This document shows positions 53,950-64,000 of a stretch of DNA of 64,000 nt, in pieces (within the stretch, counting starts at the first letter, position 1; each line of letters starts with the position of its first letter). The DNA lies in contig OX597815.1 of the NCBI GenBank assembly GCA_951406725.2, positions 620,001-684,000 of the forward strand, read 5' to 3'. The notes under the pieces were generated by a model, which did not search any database, was not told the DNA's origin, and saw nothing but the letters and a program-made list of their open reading frames with translations. This DNA comes from Octopus vulgaris (lineage: Eukaryota). A program made the position numbers and the translations under genes.

Positions 53950-55139
53950 TTTTCCGTGTGTCGGCGTCCAGGCTCACACCTGCACCTGTGAAGCGTTGTC
54001 ATGGAGACCACCGTTCTTCTCAAAAAAATTCTAAACTTCGTATTCTTGTAGAATCTGTCAAAATAAAACATTTTTTTCTCTTGGCTTTATTCAGAAAATT
54101 CTAGAGTTTCTAAGATATTTGCTGTTTTTTCTTCTGCAATTTCAACCAATCAATGACGTCTATTGCGCAACAACCAATAAATACATTCGGTTGTGCCAAT
54201 TCTTTGCACGGGAAACCTGCCTTTGTGTGGCGTGTTTCCCCATTTTGTAAATTCGTCTTCGGCTTTCCTCGCCATTCTCTGCTTTGAGCCTGGCGACTTC
54301 AAAGCCATGAAGTCGTTCTTCGAGAAGAACGCTGGTCTCCTTGGCAACGCTTACGACGTGTGTTTTCCCTCCCCTCCCCTTCCCCACAGGTTCACGAGGG
54401 AGGGAAAGAAGGGGAGGAGCAACACAGGTGCAGGTGTGAGCACAGACGCCGACATCGCCACCACCACCACTGCCGCCACCACCATACTATACCTCTGCTC
54501 TCTCCTTTTGGCTACTAAATCTATTACCATATTTCACAAGTACCATCGCCATACAATATTGCCTTCAAGTTTGTGTTTGGATATTTTTTATGTAAAAGTT
54601 GTGCAACAACTAATAAATACATTCGGTTGTGCCAATTCTTTGCACGGGAAACCTGCCTTTGTGTGGCGTGTTTCCCCATTTTTTAAAATTCGTCTTCGGG
54701 CTTTCCTCGCCATTCTCTGCTTTGAGCATGGCGACTTCAAAGCCATGAAGTCGTTCTTCGAGAAGAACGGTGGTCTCCTTGGCAACGCTTACGACGTGTG
54801 TTTTCCCTCCCCTCCCCTTCCCCACAGCTTCACGAGGGAGGGAAAGAAGGGGAGGAGCAAGACAGGTGCAGGTGCGAGCATGGACGCCGACACACGAAGA
54901 ATTGGAAGAACCCAGACGACATGTTAACACCAAAAATTATTTATATCAAAAAGGTGCTTTTTTTCTATGAAAATCCCTATTTTTTACGATTTTTTGACTG
55001 CTGTGTCGCCATTTCTCGGTGTATTTCAACCAGAAAAATGTTCACTTAACAAGCTACATAATGCAAAGTTTTTACTTTTCAAAAATTCCAATTCTAAAGG
55101 GTCGAAACACACCCGAGCAACGCCGGGCGATACTGCTAT
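53950..55139 (+). mobile_element. Helitron-like non-autonomous element with an internal 292-bp direct repeat
   Basis: Direct repeats at 54163-54454 and 54599-54892. 3' hairpin CCCGAGCAACGCCGGG followed by TACTGCTA. Confidence 0.6.
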
Positions 55140-55751
55140 AATGGGGTCGTAGATAAAGAAAAGGTGTTGGAGTACCCTGGATGATAGCTGCATCCGATCA
55201 AGGCTGGCCTGTGGCTAAACAACAACAACAACTTTTATTGATTTTCTCAACTCAAAAGTGAAATGTGAAATTGACTGATTGTTTCTTAAATTCCAAAGGT
55301 GAAAGAAAACAACTAAATTTTTCCAGGCAATCTACCAATTCTACCATTTCATGTCCTAATTACTTTAATTAATTCTAAATTAAAGACAAGGCTACGGATG
55401 ATGGGGAGGGAAAGGTTTATTCAGTTATACTTACAACCACTTCAGTTGTTTAACTATTTTTTAAAAGCACAAAAGGGAGAAAAACCAAACAATCTCTACA
55501 GCGGAATTGTGATCCTGAATCCGAGTTGTTTCAAAGTGTTTTTTAATGATAAAGATGATTTCTTTCGTATGACATGAAGTTATCAATTTATAAGGAAGGA
55601 TAACAGGCGATCGAAGCGACTCCTTGTTTTCAATACGTATAATCAGTTCTATATTTTGTGGTATTGTCAAAATACTCCACATCATCGAACCCCTGGACAG
55701 TCCGTAAAGGAAGGCGAAGAACCGCTGCTTTGCTCGGCATGCTAACGTTTC

Positions 55752-55966
55752 TTATTTCTTTATTGCCCACAAGGGGCTAAACATAGAAGGGACAAACAAG
55801 GACAGACAAACGGATTAAGTCGATTACATCGACCCCAGTGCGTAACTAGAACTTAATTTATCGACCCCGAAAGAATCAAAGGCAAAGTTGACCTCGGCGG
55901 AATTTGAACTCAGAACATAACGGCATTTCGTCCGGCGTTCTAACGTTTCTGCCAGCTCGCTGCCTT
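55752..55966 (-). mobile_element. SINE family B
   Basis: Reverse complement of the 35808 copy. Confidence 0.85.
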
Positions 55967-56024
55967 CACTTTGAACATTTTAAAAGAAAAGCAGCAAAAA
56001 GTTATTTAAGCGCGCGCGCGCGCC

Positions 56025-56078
<54 letters not shown>

Positions 56079-56988
56079 TATGTGTGTGTGTAATTCTGAG
56101 AGCGTGTATGTTTCTGTAAGTGTGAGTGTGTGTGTGTAAGTGTGAATGCGTGTGTGTGTGTGTGTGTATTAATCATTGCAGTGAGTGGGCAGGTGAAAGG
56201 CGCATGTCTCTACACGACGACAGTTTAATGTGTGTCCAGGTGTTGACAATGGCGTCCAGCCAAAGGAATGGAGGAGCAGAGCAAACAAGGAACAATGGCA
56301 ACGAGAAGGCTCTCTCGGGATACTAAACAAGAAGTCTACGAGTGAAGAAGGTTGAGAGATCAAAGTCAGGCTTGGGGAAAAGAAAGCTTTAATAGCGAAT
56401 CAAGAAATTAATGAAGAATCAAGAAAATTAAGAAAAATCAACAGAAAGCCACAAAAGATTCGATAAAATACATAAACGATGGCGTCAATGAATTTAAGAA
56501 TAAAATAAAACGAAAACAAAAACCAAATAACAAATTTCTTATCGTCTTGATCATCTTTCTGCTTATTTACTTAATTATTTTTCTGCTTTGTTAATGAAAA
56601 CCTACAGCAGCTGTGAGTAATGTCTGCTACAATAGTTGTCTGCCAAGATATCCTCAGACAATGGTCTTGAAGATTAAGTTGGCACTGTCGGAAATGATCC
56701 GTTCAAAGAATTAACCAAATTATAAGACATGGCTGACCTTCGCCTTCAACGCCACCAACCTGTTTGTGTTTGTCTTCCCCACTCCCCACTCTTTCTTTCT
56801 TCTTCTATTCTAGCTATTCCACCATTATTACACTATCTCAACTTAAATGTCAAAGATATCCAAAGCCTATCTAAACCCATTCTAATCATTGTTCCTCCCT
56901 CGTTCTCTTCCTTGTCCCCTTCAACTTCACACCGTTCACCCAGGTACACTCAGACTATCATAAAGCTAATCTCTTAACATAACCTGAA

Positions 56989-57195
56989 AAGCGACGAACT
57001 GGCAGAGTCATTAGCAAGCCGGACGAAAATGCTTAGCGGCATTTTGTCCGTCTTTACATTTTGAGTTCAAATTCTTCCCAGGACGACTTTGCCTTTCATT
57101 CTTTCAGGGTCGATAAAATAAATACCAGTTGAGAACTGGGGATCAATGCGATCAATTTACCCACCTCCCTCGAAATTGCTGGCCTTGTGCCAAAG
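56989..57195 (+). mobile_element. SINE family B variant
   Basis: GCGACGAACTGGCAGA head, GAGTTCAAATTC B-box and central domain. Confidence 0.8.
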
Positions 57196-57440
57196 CATTG
57201 AAGACTCTACTCTTCTGCGTGGTTTCAGTCATTGGATTGCAGCCTTACTTCAAACATGTTATCGAATTATATTTATCGATAACTTAACTGATATTTGAGT
57301 TGTGTGCCTCCCACAGACTCAAATACAAAATGTTTTCACTGATCCACACCGGGACACACATACACACTAACATGACTTTATACTACAAATCGCTATATCT
57401 GATTTATTTAACCTCTCAGTCTATTAGTTACAGAGGCCAC

Positions 57441-57488
57441 TTAGCTTCTGATGAAATCCCAATACAGGACTGAAACTAGTCTTGCTGA
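57441..57488 (+). ncRNA. compact type I hammerhead ribozyme (third family)
   Basis: TTAGC TT CTGATGA AATCC CAATACA GGACT GAA ACTAGT C TT GCTGA. Intact core, palindromic stem III and a GUC site at 57481. Confidence 0.7.
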
Positions 57489-57634
57489 TTCCTCTTTTTT
57501 CCTTCTTTTCACAAAGATATTATCCATAAAAACGTTATGTCCACATCTGTCCATTGCAAACAGAGTTGGTTAGAATTCCATACACTTTGTCTCTCTGTGG
57601 TGAGAATAACATTGAAACAAGACACAGGTTTGTA

Positions 57635-58272
57635 TACGTAAAAAGGGTGAAGGCCATATACGGTCATGAATGGCCATGGGCTTGCACCTAGAAAGTTACC
57701 CTCTGAGGCACAAGTCCGGGCAAGGTTGTTTATGGAAGACCAGCAGCCGCCCATGCATACCAGCTTCCGGTCCCTCCCCTTTCTCCCTAAGCCACCAATG
57801 TTATCCAAGGGAAAGGCAAAAGGGCCGACACAACTCGGCCCCACTGATAATATATGAAGCCCAGTATACCCATCATGACTACCCGTCTGATAAGGGTACA
57901 CCAGGTACATGCATCACAACCGTATGTGCGCGACATGGCGATCTCATATCAAGATAAACAGCACATGACCTTGCTGGTGGGGCCCAGTTAGAATTTCCTT
58001 CAGGTCGAGTAGCCCACCCGCTCAAAAGGTCCCTGAATAAGGTTTGCTTAAGGATGGTGAACAAAACACCCATGTTTCCAGAGGTGAATTATTCAAACCC
58101 CAAAGAATCCCTCTCAACACATGGCTATGATGCTCCCCCACTACTTCTGCTCGTGATCAGAGATGCACAAATCATCAGCCATTAAGGGACATGCTCAACT
58201 GGTTACGGTCAAACAACTGACAAACAAATCTGTGATATGGAGCAGAATATTTGCTGTAGCCCATTTTTTATA
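57635..58272. mobile_element. probable interspersed repeat of unresolved class (possibly a LINE 5' UTR)
   Basis: GC-richer non-coding block ending at (TTA)n; there is no second copy in the window. Confidence 0.25.
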
Positions 58273-58273
58273 C

Positions 58274-58334
<61 letters not shown>

Positions 58335-58466
58335 GAATAATGACGAGAATAAAATTAAAGCAGAAATCAATATTTCACCTCGACTCTGATGAATTATCAA
58401 CTTCGTCCCTTCTTTCTTACCAATGGAAGCTGGGAGGTTTTTCTTTTGAGATTCACAGGCATCATC

Positions 58467-58498
<32 letters not shown>

Positions 58499-58550
58499 CA
58501 ACAGCATCACCATCATCATCATCATCATCAACAGCATCACCATCATCATC

Positions 58551-58582
<32 letters not shown>

Positions 58583-58800
58583 CATCATCACCACACACAT
58601 ACATACATACATACACACACATATACATACATACATACATACATACATACACACATACATACATACATACATACGCACACACATACATACATACACACAC
58701 ACACACATATACATACATACACACACATACATACATACATACATACATACATACATACATACACACACACAGACACACAGACACACATACATACATACAT
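58273..58800. repeat. (TTA)n, (CAT)n and (CATA)n microsatellites
   Basis: Directly visible. Confidence 0.9.
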
Positions 58801-59250
58801 CCCCTTCAGAGCTGATAAGTAAACCAAGTGTACCTTATCCCGCGCTCTCAGAGAAACTCAAACACACTATAACGCGCGTGACCAAGTGATTAGGCTATTA
58901 GGCTTATGAGTATAGGGTCGTGGGTTCGATTTCTGGATCGGACGGTACGTTGTGCAAGGTACTCCTCAGATTCTTTCTATCTCTTCCACTGAAACAAGTG
59001 CTGGTGCAACCTTTTCTCACCCCGTCGAAGTTTCATTGGGTCCCGAGTAGGAGGGCCAAGAAGAGGGTGTCTATACCCGTTCGCTATTACATGGCACCTA
59101 TTATAGTGCTACATCGTGCCACATGGAACTTGCTTCTGGCTGGCACTTATGGGTTTATTTCGTTTCGATAAAAGCCACAAATAATATTTATTTGATATAA
59201 CTTTTCTTCCCCAATTTTTCCTGTTTCAGCGGCTACATTCCTCGCAACTC

Positions 59251-59268
59251 TAGCGCCCTCTGTCGGCC
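59251..59268 (-). promoter_or_regulatory. CTCF-like motif
   Basis: GGCCGACAGAGGGCGCTA fits the CC..AG(A/G)(G/T)GGCGC core. Confidence 0.4.
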
Positions 59269-59638
59269 CTCTTATCATCTCCACTCACTCTCCCTCCTTT
59301 CTCCTCCCTCCTCGGCAAGAAAAGGAACCGGTGCATTGTCACAGAGTTTCTGTTTAGCCCTAGGTTTCTCCTGGTCACTAGATCAGAGCTATGTTCAAAC
59401 GAGATCCTACCGCAACTTCTATGCTTTGGCGTGGGGAAGCCCGAGTCACCTTCTCCAATGTCATTCTGTAACTTGAAGGTGAGATCTGCAAACGATGAAA
59501 CTGTTATTTCTTGTAGATCGAGGGATCATGTAGAGGTTCGATCATTGATTTGCAATCGGAACAGAAGCGTAGAAGTGGGTGGGGGTGAGTTTCGCAGAAA
59601 TCAAAATTGAAAAATATGTGTTTGGTTTGCTAACACTG

Positions 59639-59671
<33 letters not shown>

Positions 59672-60268
59672 TCGGTAATGTTCGTAGGTAACATCTACCG
59701 CCGTCTGTATGAGTGCACGTGTTTCCTTGTGTGTTTGTTGGATTGTGTGTGTGTGTGTGTGTGTGTGAAGCTAACAGCTGATTGGTAATTTTGGCTGGTT
59801 CTGTGTTGGTGTGTGTGTGTGTATGTATGTATGTATATGTATGTGTGTGTATCTGTGTATGGATGCGTACGTGTCCGCGTGTTACAGTCAGTGTGCATAT
59901 ATGTTACAATGCATGTGTATGTGTGTGTGTGTGTGAACCAACAGCTGATTGGTAATTTTCACTGGTAAAAGGGAACTAACCACTGGGTGTGGGTGTTAAC
60001 TGCCTCCCCTGGGGTGGGATCGGGAGGCTCCGTGTCATCGAGGTAATGAGATGAATGGAAACCAGCCATTATTGATGTCATTAAACTTATTGCCTAAAAT
60101 CCCACTTCTTTGCGAACGGGACACCAACCTCCATCCATCCGTGCCTCCCTCCCTCCATCCACCCATCTATACATACATACATACACCCCACCCCCACCTC
60201 CACCACACCCACATTCGCTGTCTCCGTTGTCTTGGAGTGGTGTGAAATGCAAAGAATGGAATGGTTCG

Positions 60269-60344
60269 GAGAGAGAGAGAGAGAGAGATTGAGAGAGAGA
60301 GAGATAAAGATTGAGAGAGAGAGAGAGAGAGACAGAGTGAGAGA

Positions 60345-60395
<51 letters not shown>

Positions 60396-60426
60396 TGAGA
60401 GATAAAGATTGAGAGAGAGACAGAGT

Positions 60427-60468
<42 letters not shown>

Positions 60469-60728
60469 GAGAGAGATAAAGATTGAGAGAGAGACAGAGT
60501 GAAAGAGAGAGAGAGAGAGAGAGAGAGAAAGAGTGAGAGATAGAGAGAGACAGGGTGAGAGAGAGAGAGAGAGAAAGAGTGAGAGAGAGAGAGAGATAAA
60601 GATTGAGAGAGAGAGAGAGAGAGAGACAGAGTGAGAGAGAGAGAGAAAAAGAGAGAGAGAGAGAAAGTGAGAGAGAGAGAGAGAGACAGACAGAGTGAGA
60701 GAGAGAGAAGGAGACAGACAGACAGAGT

Positions 60729-60761
<33 letters not shown>
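60269..60761. repeat. degenerate (GA)n array with recurrent GATAAAGATT and GACAGAGT units
   Basis: Directly visible. Confidence 0.95.
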
Positions 60762-60763
<2 letters not shown>

Positions 60764-62399
60764 GAGGGGAGGTGTGGTGTAAGACTGAGGCAATAAATCG
60801 TCTTTTTAGACGTAAAAGGGGGACATACCCGAATGTAAACAGCAGTCACCGTCTCCTTAATAAAGAAAGAAAGGGGTCTGCATGAGGGATCCCTAACACA
60901 AATAGAACAGCGTGAAAAAAAAAAAGAAAAAGAAGAAAAAGCCCGTAAAAACAACATAAAGAATAAAAGCAAAAACAAATAAAGTGTCCCCCACCGCCCA
61001 CGAAGCGGCTGAGTATCCCTCAGCCGCCCACACCTCACCCTTCCAGATAAATGAAAGGTCTTTTTAAGGAGCTGTCGTCGTTTAGCCCCTGGTTGGCCTT
61101 CAACCAGACTTTCCAATCGTGACCATTCCATCATTTCATCAGTGTTCAATGTAGCCTTCACGTGTGTGTTGAGGGAATTTTGGCTGCCATTTCCAGCAGG
61201 TTAGTCGACCTTGTTTTAACCCTAGGTCAGTCGTAGGTGGTGGTACTAGTCCTAGATCAGTTGTGATATTCCAATCTCGACCATCTCTGCTTTCATTCAA
61301 GCAGTGGCCTTCCTTTCCGATATCAGTCATGTTTAAAATGAGAGCGATGTGGCTGTTATTTCTCGCAAATCGACGATACCTGGTCAGAACAATCCTAAAA
61401 AAATAAATAAATAAAAAGAAAAAAAGGAAACACAAAGCAAGGGAGGCAACCCCTTCCACTTCCTCCCCTTTCCCACTGTGACAGGGGAGTAGGAAGAGGA
61501 GGAGTAAAATAGTAGAGAATGGGAGGGGGGGGGGCAGAGTGTGGTTTGATTGAAGTAATCATATGACAAATGAGACATCTGAATAGAAGGGTGGGGACGG
61601 GTGTATTAGTGGTGGCGGTGATGGTGCATCACCACCACCACCGCCACCATCACAACAACCGCTACCACTAACAACAGGACTACTACCACCGCCACCACTG
61701 ACACGTTCACGAACATCAGCAGCAGCAGCAGCATCACCCACCCCAATACCTCCACGACCATCACCACCGATACCTAAGATAAGAAAAAAAACCCAAAGAA
61801 TTCCACTGATGTATATTCATCGAGAGAAGGCCTTGGCAGGATTTGAACTCAGAACGGGATGTTATTGTGTCGATTCTGACAATCCACTGCACTAAAAGTG
61901 ATGTTAATGAAATAATTATAGTTAGAGGTTGGTGTGTAGGAGAATTGGGGTGGAGTTAAAGGACCGTACCCCCACCCCAAAATATCCGAGGTCATTTGAC
62001 TGATTTGATAAACAACATTACAGTCTTAAGAAGAGCTTTAGGAATAAATTTGAGTCTAATTGAAAACAATACATTTTAGACGAGCATTTAATCAGACATC
62101 TGATTAAACATCTTAAACAATTCATCAAAGATTTTATCTGTCATCTAATTAAACATCTAATCAGACATTTAATTAAACAATTTGACATTTTTAATCAACA
62201 TATTATATCAATTCGAAATTATTTTAGTTGGATTCAAGATTATTTCAGTTTCCTTCGATGCTATTTTAATTGACTTCAACATTATTTTAATCGTTTTAAT
62301 TTGCTTCGCGATTATTAATTTACTTCGAGATTTTTTTAATTTGCTTCTTGATTATTTTAATTCACTAGAAGATTGTTTTAATTTTGTACTCGATGAAAG

Positions 62400-62875
62400 T
62401 GTATTAGTTCGTTTGTGGAGTATAATTTAAATGTTTCTCTAAGTAGTGACCTCCCCACTGACAGTTTGTATTTGTATGGAGAGTCGATGTCACCGTGGAA
62501 CTACATCCTTTTATGTCAATCTTTGGTGTAACCGGACTTGAGAAATCTATCGTTTTCTGTCTATAGTATTCTGGATGAAATATTTGCACTTTACCCGACT
62601 TCATCTAGAAACGCGTTGTTTTATTGCTGGGGGTTTCATTTGTGAAGTGATGGATGTCGAATTTCGTGTACCAAACTATTTTCTGAGTCTTCCTCCAATT
62701 TTTCGATCTTTTCTGGTGTGTAGATTGTCCACACACCTGGCATATATTCCAATGTGTTCATTAAAACGAGCAAACGATCGAGTGTATCTCTTATACTTAT
62801 GTGTTGCAACGATTTTACTTTCTATCGAGGCTGCACGTGGGATCTAACGGAGGCCTCGGGCTGCGCCAAGATCAC
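62400..62875 (-). mobile_element. highly decayed Penelope-like RT fragment
   Basis: GAARGLR*IP resembles G.AMG..LSP; IYARCVDNL resembles Y.RYVDD; HFTNETPSN resembles FT.E; these are followed by YRQKT IDFSS. Confidence 0.45.
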
Positions 62876-63284
62876 TTTAGCCTGAAGATGAGGCTGTGAA
62901 GGTCTAGAAATATTGATAACGCGTTTAAGAACTTTATAATTTCAAACTCAAGAAAATATATTAAAAAAAGAAAAGAAACTTGATGACGAAAATATTACTG
63001 GACATTGTCCGTTTTAAGATATTTTCTTTATTATAGAAAACCGTAACAGAATAGTTGTTATGCATTTTGGTGTTGCCAGTGTATATAATATGTATACGCC
63101 AGTGCAATTTATATACAATCACGTGTCAACTGTAAGTATAGTACGTAGACACTTGTTTCTTTTTAGTTGACGGCAGTTTTACTTGTGCAACCAAAAACAG
63201 TTGGATTCCTGTAAAATATATCGTCGTACGGAATAAAGACTAATACCAACTCCATCTTCTGCTTCCTAAATCAATTATATATAT

Positions 63285-64000
63285 TGTTACGGGGGGGACC
63301 TCCGTCGAACGAAAGCTGTTACGGAATCCCTCACACAGGCCCGTTCGATCAGCGAATAAGTTCGCCACGGAAACTCGGAGAGGAGAGAGACAGACAACAA
63401 CAACAACAACAGCAGCAGCAGCAAGATACAGCGGAGGCAATCGAGAGAGACACAAAGAAGGCAAGGCAATTGGCTACGTTAACAACTAGTTTATATGACT
63501 ATTACAATTGTTACAACATCAATTACATTTAAAGATACATCAGGTAAATACAAGCAAATAACAGAATCAACACATCAACTCAATACATCATACAGGTATA
63601 CCACAGATCAAAGCATTTAAACTGTCCGGTAACAACACATCAAATTCAATAACAACAGCATTTCAAGAGTACACGTCCGGAGACAACAGTTCTGTTTCAA
63701 ATCACATTAAAGTTACAGTTCAAAGGACATTAAAGGCCTAACAGTTCAATGTTCATTACACAGTTCTCTTTTGCCTTAACACAACTCTGTACACAATGTC
63801 TTTACACAGTTCACATTGCTCTTTTCACTGTCTCATTTCTTTTCAACGGTCTCTTTACATCGATTCTTTTTCCTTCTTTTTCTTCAATTCACGTACCTTA
63901 GTTCCTACTAGAATAGCCAGTGTCTCATATTGCACCTCATCTCTCTCAGTACTGCTAACTCCAACTTGCTAAACGCTTGCCTTGAATTCCAAAATCCTGG
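63285..64000. mobile_element. possible LTR-like repeat, running off the window end
   Basis: Sharp start TGTTACGGGG after a TA run with a composition change; no coding support. Confidence 0.25.

Noticed and set aside
53995-54008. RFX X-box-like GTTGTCATGGAGAC
   Set aside because: It lies inside a repeat element far downstream of the Tctex1 gene, with no promoter context.
50999-54104. 750-1008 aa ORFs resembling extensin, mucin or His-rich proteins
   Set aside because: They are translations of the (ACC)n array, open in several frames on both strands, with no signal peptide or unique domain.
57740-57860. HDV-like ribozyme in a putative LINE 5' UTR
   Set aside because: I could not build the nested double pseudoknot by eye.

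Overview
Repeat-dominated eukaryotic DNA, most likely an octopus/cephalopod genome (inferred from the SINE/RTE repertoire and microsatellite load). Most ORFs in the track are microsatellite or antisense artefacts. One clear host CDS is present (a Tctex1-domain dynein light chain, 43570-44136 +). There is also a probable unannotated spliced gene on the minus strand (exons 14466-14522 and 13843-14010). The rest is nested mobile DNA: two tRNA-derived SINE families, RTE LINEs (one with a PHD finger inside the RT region, one BovB-like copy with a 5' inversion), three CR1/L2-like LINE families, R4/Dong and CRE relics, Tigger and mariner transposons, hAT and piggyBac MITEs, and Helitron/HINE elements. 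The most notable signal is a set of Penelope-like remnants and short non-coding elements next to (TA)n microsatellites. These carry type I hammerhead ribozymes with palindromic stem III: four with an intact core (45741-45836, 46026-46136, 48189-48287, 57441-57488) and several decayed ones. Five long fold-back palindromes, all abutting (TA)n or TA-rich runs, accompany them. All calls were made by eye; no database searches or folding programs were run.
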